From positions 184,999-248,998 of the forward strand of contig ADNK01000489.1 of NCBI GenBank assembly GCA_000320545.1: DNA of 64,000 nt. Reading direction: 5' to 3'. Position 1 is the first letter of the stretch, and every line of letters begins with the position of its first letter. Shown piece after piece: positions 25,270 to 37,097 of the stretch. The notes under the pieces were generated by a model. It was not told the DNA's origin. It did no database searches and was given only the letters and a program-made list of their open reading frames with translations. Both the position numbers and the translations under genes were made by a program. This DNA comes from Bigelowiella natans CCMP2755 (lineage: Eukaryota > Protista > Cercozoa).

Positions 25270-27113
25270 AAATGATAGTTGTGTTGCTGCTGCTGGTGGT
25301 GGTGGTGGTGGTGGTGGTGATTATAAATGGTGATGATGATGATGTTTGAGGAGGACGATGATTGACAGAGATTATGCTGGTGAATGATGGTATGCTAGGG
25401 AACCGCGACTGGTTAGAGTAGTTGCTGCAGGGTGTGAGGATGGTAATATGTAATGTGCTGGGGATAGAGGATGGCACATGTCAAGCAGCCGACTATTATA
25501 AGTTTCATCCTTTATGTGATATAGATGACGATGACGACGGTGACGGTGACGGTGATGATGATGATGTTGTTGATGATGATAGTGATGATAACACGGCAAC
25601 CGTGGCACTAGCAATGTCGTTGTTGCTCCATAACCACCACCACCACCACCACCACCACTACCTTAGTTTAAAACCAGCAGCAACACTCCTCATCATCATC
25701 ATCATCAACAACAACAACAACAACAACTACAACAAAAACAACAACATTATAGGAAGCATCCGCATGCAAATCTCCACCTTCGACCACAAACATTCTTCGC
25801 AGCAGCAGCAGCAGCAGCAGCGTGACAACAAGAGGAAGAAGAAGAACAAGACGGGTTCTGCTGGTCATACTCAGAACAGGACTCGTGAGCATGAGTTGGA
25901 GCAGGAAGAAGACAAGGAGGAAGAGGCGACATCAACAACAATCATGAAACGTGTGGATGATGCTGATGATCATGATGATGGTGATGATGATGATCACAAC
26001 AGTCCACCACTGGAGCAAGAAGAGGAAGAAGAAAAAGATAAAGAAAAAAATGAAAAAGAAAGCCGTACACCACCACCACCACCAGCAGCAGCAGTAGCAG
26101 CAGAGATCACGAAGAAGACCAAGCCAAGACTGAAGAAGACGCACGTATCACTCCGCTCAAGGCAGTACACCATATACAGTATATTGCTTTCTCTCTCTCT
26201 CTCTCTCTTCTCTTCTCTTCTCATATATATTTCTTCTCGAATATGTGACTCTAGCTTTCCTTATTCTTCTTCTTCTTCCATTGTTAGTGCCGAGAGTGTT
26301 GGACTGGCAGATGCTCCAATATCCTTCATCCATATTTTCTCCGACACAACATCTCAGTATGACCACTACCGTCAAAAACGGTATCTCCGTGTTGAAAGAG
26401 AATAATAATCGCCAAATATGTAATAATGTGCGCTCGTTCTTGATGCCCCTCCGTAATCCTCCTCCCTTTTCTTCTCTTCACTACACTGATGATGAGGATT
26501 CTTACTTGTTGACCGTTGGTGCAATCCGTTTTCTTCCAGCAGTTGTTTGTAGTAGTAGTAGTGGTAGTAGTAGTAGTAGTAGTGGTGGTAGCAGTGGTAG
26601 CAGCAGCAGCAGTATTATTATTATTATTATTAGTAGTAGTAGTAGTGAGAATATGTGCGTTGGTGGGTGCATCTATCTCAGGAGGACGGAGTGTCATGCT
26701 CAAATGATGAAGTTCTTGACGCCGCTGGAAGAACTGGCTGCTGCGACTGCTAGCTCTTCCTCTTCCTCCTTCTCCTCTCCTTCTTCTTCCAACTCTTTTC
26801 CACCTCCTCACAAAAGGCACACACATTCGTCTCTCCCTTATCCTCATTCTCACACAACGACGGCCAATCACACGGGTATGATGATGATGTGTTTTTTGCG
26901 AGCGCAAATACTCTGCTGCTGGTGGTAGCTGCGAAGATATGTATAATTTTCGAGCCTCGCTCCTGTACAACGACATTTTAAAAAGACGCTTTTCATGTTT
27001 ACTACTGCAACTACTACACTTAGATGGACGACTAGGAATCCACATACTCGGTTGTTCTAAAAACAGAATGTCGTATCTTAGCTACACTTTCCCCCCGCCC
27101 TCCCCCTCCCCCC

Positions 27114-27161
<48 letters not shown>

Positions 27162-27671
27162 CGCTCTCTATGTGCGTGCGTGTGTGTGTGTGTGTGTTTG
27201 TATAATGGCTCGCGCTCTCGCTGCCATCATGTTGTTGTTGTTGTTGTTCTTCTTCTTCTTCTTCTTCTCCCACACTGATGAGGTTTGCGGCATATAATTG
27301 CTAATTATTTAGTCGGAAGCTCCCTTGGATATGCTGTTGTTTTCTCGGTATAAATAAATAATGGAATGGCTGTGAGAAAGAAGGAACCCTCGTCACTCTG
27401 AATCAATTCCGTTCATCCCATTCTTTTCCGTTTGTCACTTGGCTTTCCCGCCTTCGTACTCTATTTCCTTTGCTTCTCATTTTATTTCTTCTTCTTCTTC
27501 TTCTTCTTCTTCTTCTTCTTCTTGTCGTCGTCGATGAATACGTCGTAAGGATGTGGATTCGGTCGGTTTCAAAAAGCAGCATATTCTCCCATCATCCAAC
27601 GAGGTTAGATCCTCCGCTGTATAGTTGCAAAAGTGGTATATATGTTAGATAATATAGGAGGGCAATGGATG

Positions 27672-27707
<36 letters not shown>

Positions 27708-28602
27708 ATATATTTTTTCGTATGTGTGAAACGGCTATTCCAGATAGGAAATTTGGCATAATAATATATTCGAATAAATGCCACCTGGCGAGACGTTTGA
27801 CCTGGCGCTGTTTCGTAGGACAAAAGCATTATCAACGATTTCCTTAGGAACAATTAGTACACCTCTAATCATATATAACTATTTTCCTGGGCCACAATAA
27901 CAGTTCGACTCGGTACTTTGTGGGACCTCCGCCGATCTCGATTTGGATGGTAGAGGAGCACTTTCGCAAATGGCTTCCTTTTCTCGTATCTGTTGTCTAT
28001 TGCTTATATGGAGTGCCTCCAACATATTAAATGCCCCTCCCTTTACCCCCCCCCCCCCCCTCCCTCCTAACGCCACTCATCCATCGTTAATCATCGACAG
28101 GATATCATGAGCTGTTCATTGGTACATACTCCGGACAGCTTCTGTGTTACCGTAACTCAAACTCTATCGATGAAAAGAGGAGTGCTAGTTGCAATAGTAG
28201 TAGAGATACCGCTACTCAACCTCACGGATATCTGGGAGAGAAGACAAGCTACAAACTAGAATTTGTACGGCTCATTACCATTCAGTACCTCGACATCCTA
28301 CGTACCCACATGTAATCTGGAATGCTTAGGTTCAGCGGCTACGTCATCCTGTGCAAAACGCGCGCACATTCCGTGTTGAAGGTTTTGAGAGCCAGCCTGG
28401 TATTCATTTTCTGTCCATCGTCTTCAAATTTCTCTTGAACAGATATTTCTACTTTTTATCAGCATTATTGAGCACCACTTCAACCTGGGCATTAAATTTT
28501 CTTCGTCCGAAAAAAGAACGTGTCGTACCAAATGCGAGGCGCTTGATACATCTCCTTGCAGACATAGCACGTCTGAAGAAAGAATTGATGAATCAATCAT
28601 AA
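21782..28602 (+). CDS. Large multi-exon hypothetical protein with low-complexity middle region (probably one gene)
   Basis: Chain of + strand exon-like blocks between microsatellite-rich introns (23394-23765, 24050-24680, YPLVELSRLAAAPMCFEAKCFRREG, GVRMVICNVLGIEDGTCQAADYYKFHP, ERVGLADAPISFIHIFSDT, RTECHAQMMKFLTPLEEL, last exon ...ARLKKELMNQS*). No family recognised. Some joins are unresolved. Confidence 0.5.
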
Positions 28603-28619
28603 ACTTGGTAGCTTTGTTT

Positions 28620-29420
28620 TGCATTCCAGAGCGAGCTGCTAGGTAATTAAAAGTATATGATGAATAATGCAACCACGCTACATATGCACCCAATAAATGT
28701 TGTCCATCACATAATGGACTGCATGCATCGCAGCAATGTCGCGCATGCGCTACCCACATGCTGCATGTTGCTGAGCTTTGTCAAATAAAGACCAAACGTA
28801 ACATGCTGCAGCAAAGCAGCTGTCAAGCTAGCAAGCTATAACGCTTCGCGCGCTACGCACAGTGCAGATGAACGTGTATTAGTTAAGAGCAAATGCATTG
28901 TATATGTTACATATATGTCTGGCCCTAACATGCACCGCGTCGTTTGTACATGTGCAATGCATGTGTGCACAGCAACATTAGGATGACCATTGAAAGATTC
29001 AATCAATTCACTACTTCCGTCTCATATGTGTATGTAGCACTGCATGCAGACAGTTCGATCCACATTAGGATGGCAATTTGGAACGATTTAATCACTTCAT
29101 TACTTCGTCTCACATGCTAGCATGGAGATGGTGCCCTCGCTCTGATGCACGCCACAGCAAGCTAATTTTCGAGACGGCTATAGTCGTCTCTCGCCCGGTG
29201 AGGAAGTTACAGACATACATTACCCAGCAATTAGCTAGTTAGCCCATGTAGCGCACATAACCATTGAGTTGCAGAATTTACAAACACAGTGCATCCTGCG
29301 ATGACACAAATATGCATGTATGAGTGTGCAAGTGTAAATATGTATCACTGGATGGCAGCACGATCACTATATTTCCTACTGTACATGGCTCTCGGAGCAT
29401 GCAGTTGTTGAACAGGTCTA
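28620..29420. other. Convergent-junction RY-palindrome tract T5 (contains 2 copies of the dyad element)
   Basis: tgcatgcatcgc, gcgcatgcgc, acatgctgcatg, agctagc, gtacatgtgcaatgcatgtgtgcac, ttagctagttagc. Confidence 0.8.
28965..29117 (-). repeat. Two tandem copies of the dyad element (28965-29030, 29060-29117)
   Basis: gcacagcaacattaggatgaccattgaaagattcaatcaattcactacttccgtctcatat and cacattaggatggcaatttggaacgatttaatcacttcattacttcgtctcacat are the reverse complement of the 16 kb consensus. Confidence 0.85.
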
Positions 29421-29457
29421 AATCTCGTCAAGCACAGATATTTTTGGGACACTGGCA

Positions 29458-30600
29458 TTAGAACTTGAGCGCAGTTAACATGGCAGCATAACGAAGGACT
29501 GGCTTCGAGAAGGAGCTCTCCAATATACTTGCTTTACTGCGAGAGATAACTCGTGGCCTTTTTGGGTTGGTAATATTTGTTGTGTTTTTTCTTAAGACAA
29601 AAGAATGTATTATAAAAAGGGTTCACCTTATCATAAGTATCTACTGTAGGAGTGATTTCGGCCTCAAGTGTGGAACGCTCGTCTTTCAGAGATGACACTC
29701 TTTCAGCTAATTCTTTTGTCTCCTCTTCAAGCTACAGAGGAGTATAAAACCACTTAGTGCCGCATGCAAAACGTGATATAGTTGAAATTAAAATCAAAAA
29801 CCGATAGCAGAGGTCGTACCTGCGATAATTTCTCTGTCAGAGCTGCGTGCTGTGCCCGTGCAATGGAGGCCTCAAAAATTTTTAAGGATTGTTCCGCAGA
29901 CCTGGAATGGAGAAATGACACACAGTCAGGCTCACTCATTCACCAAATTGTGTGAAGTGGATAAACATAGTAGCTAACACGTATACTCATGAATCAATTC
30001 TGAAATGGTCTACATCTTGTTTCCCCCTGTTCCACTCTTTTCTTCATAGATTGATCGTGCGGATTCCAGTTCGACCTTTCAATGGTAGCAACAAAACATG
30101 CCTTAGTTTCCTCAATATGACTACCTGAAGTTATCTGATGAGTAAGAAATTTTGTCGCTCTTCCTCAACGTTTTGCCCTATGGAATCCATTTTTACCCAC
30201 CTTCAGATTCTCTTTCATTGCCTCTACCGTAGTCTTCAACGACGCCTCGATAGCCTTATTTGCATTCTTCTTCAACGGGGTGTCAGCCAATACAGGTAAA
30301 GAAGTGTCAGTGTTCATAGGTTTGAGAGCATCATCTAGGCGACGGATGTATGCAGATTGAACGGTCTCCCAAAGATGAGAGGAGCCCTCTGCCGCCATGT
30401 TTACAATCTGTCGCTTGATGTGTTTGGAGTCGTCCTGTTAGGGAAAAGTAGGTCATTTCTTCATATTTTTATTGTCGCAGGATTCAATTAGAAGGTAATT
30501 TGAGCCAAAACCTCCGGAACATCTTGGCGGGTTTTTTGAGGTGGTCAGACAGGCTGGAAGCACCCCCAGACGATGCTGGCTGACATCTAGGACTGCGAAA
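29458..30600 (-). CDS. Hypothetical coiled-coil protein (multi-exon)
   Basis: Exons DDSKHIKRQIVNMAAEGSSHLWETVQSAYIRRLDDALK...AMKENLK; SAEQSLKIFEASIARAQHAALTEKLSQ; LEEETKELAERVSSLKDERSTLEAEI; ...LRYAAMLTALKF*. Start not resolved. Confidence 0.6.
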
Positions 30601-30856
30601 ACATCCGTAAAAATATTGTCTAAACTCGACGAACGGGCTCGGCCTCCTTTGCAATCGTAGCTGTCTTCTCAATAAAGCACGATTTGGATAATATTTTTAG
30701 CCGGGAATATCCTCAGGCTTCTCTTTCGTAGCGAGAATGAGTATGCTGTAAGGCAGCAATCAATAGGGATCAACACGAAAAGGGGCACCACCCCTCTGTC
30801 CATTATTGGAACGCTCCCAACAGATAATCGAATCCTGAGGATTTTCCCCACTTCCA

Positions 30857-31855
30857 ATGCCTAGTTCAAATCCTGCTGCGCGCAGTTTGGAAGCCAGAGA
30901 TGCTCTTGAAGACGGCATGTCTGGGGAACAGGATATGGCGATTGAAGACATAGAAAAGGAAATGAATAAGTTCCATCGTGACAATAATCACGACCACAAT
31001 GGGATGCTCTCCAATGGAGAAACCAATAAGAACGAACAAACTTCTAAAGCGGAGGAGGTTTCCATGCGCGCCAAAAAGCCGGTAGGTGGCGGGTTGACGC
31101 AAGGAGGATTCAGAGACGAGACTAGAATCGAAAGCTCATGTTGCGCATCACTGATGTTGTTTTGCTGTTTAGAAATATGGAAGGGCAAAGGATGATAATC
31201 CAGACGTTATCACGATGGACGATTTTAACCAACAAGTCATCAAGGAGAAGAACTTGCCTCAGGTCCGTGTTGAACTTTCACCCGAGATGGGGTTAAAACT
31301 ATCAGTCAGAGCAAACGAAAGTGGTAATTCTTAGTTAATATGAATATTTAACCTCATGGTCCTTACTTAATCAATTCAGGACAAGTTTGACAAAGAGAAA
31401 GACTGGGATGCTAAAATAGAAATATATTATCAACGGAAAGAGGTGTGTATATCCAAAGATGTGGTGTAGGAGGTCTCTAACACTAGAAAATTACTTTCGA
31501 AGTCACGAGATGCACACCGAAGGGCCGAGTTGAGAGAGAGAGCTTGGAAGAGACGGAAAGCTGCAATGAGATACGTTTTCACTGGCCAGGTAGTGTAGAG
31601 ATATGCCCTCTTAAGGAAATTACCCGATCGAAGTGTGCAATTCTTTACAGTGGATGAACTTCAGCGCAAAGTGTAAAGACAACTGCAAGTGTTGTGGGAA
31701 GTAAGAACTAATCGTTTGAAAGAATGTAATGCTTACTAATGACTACCGGCATTCTTCTCAGGTCGACGACAACTATCATATGCATCATCATAGTCGTCGC
31801 GGTGGTTGTAGGGACACCCATAGTCATCACAGTTTTCACAGGTGGCTTAGCATGA
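30857..31855 (+). CDS. Tail-anchored membrane protein of unknown function
   Basis: Acidic N-terminus MPSSNPAARSLEARDALEDG..., basic coiled segment RRAELRERAWKRRK, Cys cluster CKDNCKCCGK, then a single C-terminal hydrophobic helix IICIIIVVAVVVGTPIVITVF GGLA*. Confidence 0.7.
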
Positions 31856-31919
31856 ACATTTGTGGAAAAGTTATAAGTGATACTATCATTACAAGTGCAT
31901 CTTCACTGTTACTTGTCCA

Positions 31920-32400
31920 TTTTTTGCGCACGCGCACATAACATGGCTTGCATTGTGCCTGCTGCTGGCGTGCGCTGTAACGCCGCAGCTTGTTCGATGA
32001 CTTCATGCGTACGCTATATGTAAGTGTGTAGCTAGCGGAGCTTGCCACAATCGCATCTCTATTGCTCAGTAGTGATACGCTAGATACGGCTAGCGCATAC
32101 GCAAGGTGATTATCAAGCATCACTGGTGTGCTTATTGCGCACAAATTGACAAGTCACATAGTGATGACAATACAAAGTCGATGCGGGACGAACGCCGGTC
32201 ACAGATTAGTGTCATGTGTAGTACAGGATGCCACATATGAAAGCACAGCTACATGAGGATGACCATTGAACAAATTTAATTTGATTGATTACATCCGTCT
32301 TACATACGAAAGAGCGAGCAATCACGCACGCTACCACATATTTGGCACAGAAAAATGATTAGGGCGACTCTACTAAAAGGTTCGCGCAGGTGCAATGGAC
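31920..32400. other. Convergent-junction RY-palindrome tract T6 (contains 1 copy of the dyad element)
   Basis: tgcgcacgcgcac, tgcattgtgc, gtagctagcgg, gctagcgcat, tgcgcac, catgtgtagtac. Element copy at 32242-32307. Confidence 0.8.
32242..32307 (-). repeat. Single copy of the dyad element
   Basis: gcacagctacatgaggatgaccattgaacaaatttaatttgattgattacatccgtcttacat matches the reverse complement of 16144-16205. Confidence 0.85.
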
Positions 32401-32511
32401 TATTGCAATCATATTATGCTCAGTTTCTCGCATTGACACTTAATGTTTCTATTTGTGTATCGCGATCGGATCTATAAAGCTACTTCGCCCAGAGATAGCA
32501 GTACGTATGTT

Positions 32512-33743
32512 TCAAATTTTCAATGTCGGATTGTTCCAAGTAGATTCTCCAGTGGCAGAGTTCCACCAATATGGCCTACCTGTATCATCATCGAAATGCC
32601 GAGTCCAGGCAGCAGCTAGTTCGCCACCCCTGGCACTGGCAGGAGTTTGAGCTTGATTCGATGTGTGAGTAGCTCCAAGGTTAGCATTGGAGGAAGAGTT
32701 CCTGACAACAGTTGTGTCTCCCACAGTTATTCCACCAGGGGTCGATATTCCTGCAGGTGTATTTGGAACAGAAGAAGTGCCGGCAGCAGCTGCTTCTTTC
32801 TGCATACCTTTGATTTCAAATTGCTTGCTTCGAATCTTCATCTCGATACTGCTTTTTCGCGTCTAGAATGAAGCACAACATCACCATGGTTCAATGAGAT
32901 AACGCTAACGGGGCTTGAGGTCTGTACACTGCATCTGACTGGAAAATCACGCCTTCCATAGCCGTAAAAGAAACAAAAAGGTGGGCATAAGTAAGAGTAC
33001 GATATATACCTCCCATCCATCTCTATGTTGTCCAAAACAACGCCATGCGCCCCAGCTAATCAAACCCAGAACAACCACTCCAACAACCACTATGCCAATG
33101 AGCATTGGCAAATTGTTGTCATCACTGTCATTTTCTGATGCCGACGGTGAGTTGGGAATATTCGATGTTACAACTAAATTTACCCCCAGCTCTTGCGAAA
33201 GCTATTGTTTGTTATGAGAAACACAACAGAAAATAAGATTCAAATGTGTGTGCAGATATTTTGCGCATACGATAAACATACTTATAACATACGTGGATAA
33301 ATTGAATAACAAAGCGTCATCAAAATCATTTGCATATTGTATCTACAAAAGAACCTGCTCGGAACCAATAGATACAAGTTCTGCGGCAATTGTAGTAGGC
33401 GTTCTTCCATTACTCGGGGATGTAAAAATGACCGTTGCCACCACTGACCCCGCTCTATATCTGTTCAATTCGTCAGATTTGTGATTATGAGAATGTTTGC
33501 CAATTGGACACGGTTGAATCTCTCTTGTACACACATGAGAAATTATGTGAAATATGTTCGCGTTTTCATGGTTGTGTATATGGACATCAAATGTGATTGC
33601 ACATACGTTATCTCAATGGCAGTTGTCGGGACTCCAACAAGGCGGCCAATTACGGACTTTGTATTGTTCCGAAATTCTGCGTCCACCTACAAAAATAGAC
33701 ATACAAATATTGAACTCCCGATGTAAAGGTTTACTAGCAAATA

Positions 33744-33777
<34 letters not shown>

Positions 33778-35318
33778 CTATATATGCATTGTACATAGTT
33801 TCTCTCTCCTTAAACTATGTCGGAATGGGTGCAGTCCCTTGTAATGTTGTGTGATCTCACAAACTCCAATATGTCATAACTTAATGGCATTAGAAATATG
33901 AGGGAGTTATTGTATCCGACAGAGGCTAATGTCATCCCGCTTATCCTGAGGTATACTTCAGGCCGGGAAGTTGGACTTGTGGTAGGCGATAATTGGCTTG
34001 GGCATGTCGTTGGGTTGGCGCCCTCAACAGTAGGTTGCGTCGTAGAAGGACCGTATGTATATCCTTCAGCAGTTGGGTGTGCAGAGGTAGGAGTATAAGT
34101 GGGTCTTGTGGATGTGGGGTTGTACGTAGCACCTTCAACGCTGGGCTGCGTAGTCGAAGGGGTGCCAGTAGGAGGGGGAGGGGCAGCAAGTACCGGATTT
34201 TGCGTAGAGGGGACAGTGGTCGGGTGTGCCGTGGTAGGGGGCCCAACAACAGGAGATCCTGTGGGCCCAAACCCCGGAAGGTAATTAACATTATCGATGG
34301 GTTCTGTTGTGATGTAGTCGGTGTTCTCGATAATCTCCGTGGTGGCTTGAGCGGTTGTTAATCCGGGGCATTCTGCCTGGTCTGCAGAATAATGAGGGTT
34401 TGTACACTGGTCCATGATACTCTGGAGTTGGTATTGATCCCATCCAAAGAAGTAGTCTGCGTGAATGTATTGCGTGCCGTCGGAGAAAACGTGCTGTCCT
34501 CCAGGATAGTTGTTCAAACGATAGAATATTCTGATTCGTGGGATAGGGACCGGATGACTTGCAGGGCATGTACCCATCCCATTTTCTGGAATTTCATTGT
34601 TCGTAGGATATGCCACGTGGCTGCGGTGATCTGGGCTATCAAGGTTCACGCCGTCCCAACACTCAGGCATGATGAGTGTGATCTCCAGTTCGCTACAAAC
34701 TTGTGTCGGGAGCAGTCCAGTACCACAGCCTGCACCCATAATTTCTTGTTTCGTCGGGTATATTGCAGGATCTCCCCCCGCGATCATCTACAAAATTATT
34801 AAAATTAAAGAGAAGGCGATGCTAAATGTACCTAAAAACATCTGTATTCTTTCCCTCTCGCATTCCCCCATTTCTCATCAAACACACGTTTTTCTAGTTT
34901 CTTATGTTCCGAAATGAAATACCCTGAAACCATTGGGAAACGATCTCGTGACCCCGGTCTCCCAGTTATAGTATGCGGTATGAGTAAAGTCCCGATGTAG
35001 AATATACTGCCCATTTACAACCCTGTAGACTGAGGGCGCCCAATATAAACTTTTGTTCTCGACCCACTCACAAGATGTTCGCGTGGCATTTCGCAAATCT
35101 GCCCAAGTTGTGCTCGGTGCTACTTGATTGGAGCCAAAAAATGTGTGTACGTGCGGCCCAAGCCCGTTGGGGTTGACGATTGGATCTGTTCTGACAAACG
35201 CTGTGGTGGAGCAGTCATTCCGCATCGTGGTGGATTCGGATTCACTCATGAAAAGAAGCAATATCTGGAAAAAGAGTGCTGATGCCATACTAGGGAAGGG
35301 GAGAGGCAGTGCTTCCAT
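32512..35318 (-). CDS. Type-I membrane protein: signal peptide + DUF1996 + P/T-rich stalk + SEA-like module + TM + cytoplasmic WW domain
   Basis: DUF1996 motifs RTDPIVNP...HVHTFFGSN, NKSLYWAPS, FPNGFR|MIAG, PECWDGVNLDSPDHRSHVAYP, CPASHPVPIP, HADYFFGWD. PT repeats follow, then RAGSVVATVIF (SEA-like GSVV), TM LIGIVVVGVVVLGLISWGAW, and WW domain AWTRHFDDDTGRPYWWNSATGESTWNNP*. Confidence 0.88.
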
Positions 35319-35869
35319 TCTTGGATAGAAGGGATAGTCTATATCTACAAAGATTGAGATAAGTCAACGATCACCAGGCCAGGTTGGCTGCGTCGTTTGC
35401 AAACGAATTCGGTGTTTAGACGTTACAAGATTCGTAGAATCGCTCAGACGCAGGGATGCAAAGCTAAGAAAAAAAGGCATTCGGTTGCATTTCTGCGACA
35501 ACTTCGTCAACGATTCTTCATGTGGATGGCATGGGAAAACTTGGGCTGCGTCAATGATTTCGCAGCATGTCGCAGCATGAAAATGCACAATGGTCAAATA
35601 TGTTCATGTCATGCACACGCGTGCCATTATTGTCGATCTCCACGTTTCGAACAGTAACGCTCTTTCTCTTAAATTAGATCTAATCACATGGGGATGATCG
35701 TTCCTCCTGCATCGCTCAGGACCGCTTCATCACTCAAACCATCTTGACCGAGATTGATCACCTCAAAACATTGCAAAATCAGTAGCCGGAGGTGTGTGGA
35801 CAAAGATCATTTTCTTGCTTGGGAGAAGTCAAAGCTAGAAAGGCGTCATCCAGAAAAAATGCGTGAGCG

Positions 35870-36410
35870 AAGTCGCCAAGCATGTGCAGGAAGGTCGTTC
35901 TCGCAATCGCGACAGCGGGTGCATGATCATGTGCAGCATGCACATGCTAGCATGCGCGCGTGACAGTGATTGTTGTTGATGGTGAGCAATTGTCATGGCG
36001 GTGCGCATCGCATGGTCACGATCATGTCTAGCTAGCTATGTCACGTTGTAGCTAGCCACGTCATTGTTGCTGTTGCGAATGATCGAATCAAATTTTCCGG
36101 CCGGCCACCGCTAGCTCGCGCATGTTGCATGATGGACACAGTAATTCCATATGCACACTGCATGCACACAGCATCATTACGCGGTGTCTATCATTTGCTA
36201 TTATTAGCTAGAGGCCGCCCGAGCAAAGTTTTGATGATCGTCCGTCGATCATACATATGCATCATGTGCCATGCGAGATTTAGGCTGTGCGTTCGTAGTG
36301 ATTGCACTCCTCACAAATGTTTTGCGATGCTTAGGCAGTCATGCTGTGCGCGCGGCTGCATGCTGACATTCTACCCAGCGTATCATCCAATGTCACGCAT
36401 AGCTCGCTCA
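35870..36410. other. Convergent-junction RY-palindrome tract T7
   Basis: gtgcatgatcatgtgcagcatgcacatgctagcatgcgcgcg, ctagctagcta, gctagctcgcgcatgttgcatg, tgcatgcac. Immediately 3' of the LRR gene (-). Confidence 0.8.
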
Positions 36411-36528
36411 GTAAAGACGTTTATTTTTCACGAATTTTGAGGATTCAGCATCGTAACGCTAAGCAAACGACAGTGTCCCCGCTATCTCAACATGAATTTA
36501 GATCGAAATGGGTGTTGTTTGCTCATCA

Positions 36529-37041
36529 TCATCTCCGGTACCTGTCCAACAGCAACATCATAAGTTTCATGCAACAGCATTAAAATATAGCATTGCGTCG
36601 TTAATTGTTGATTGAGAGTAATTACCTAGACGATCCTGTCGAAGACAATGTTCTGTTCAATGGTGATTCCTATAGGAACAAATTTATAAATTACAAAACT
36701 ATGAATTGAGTCTTAAAACTCGTACAATTTGAGTCTTTACGATAGTACAGTATGGTTGATTTTACCTTGACTCTACTGGCGCCCTTTTTTATGCGCTTTG
36801 ATGGTGCCTAAGTGATGGCGTCATAAAGGTTGTGGTTAAGGCTTTCTGTACATAATTTTGAGATACAATCTGCGAAAGGGATGGTCAACAGACGGCTGTG
36901 GATGGATATACAGTAGGCAATGAGTTGATTTTAGATGACGTCTCGAGGTACCTTTACACCCCGAAGATTTCTCTCTTGGTCCTAGACAGATATTAATAAA
37001 ATGATACCACCAGCATGAGCCATGATTAGGAGCATGGATCA

Positions 37042-37097
<56 letters not shown>

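Noticed and set aside
29458-30600. Possible kinetochore Mis12-complex (Nsl1-like) identity for the coiled-coil gene
   Set aside because: Only general size and coiled-coil character; no diagnostic motif.
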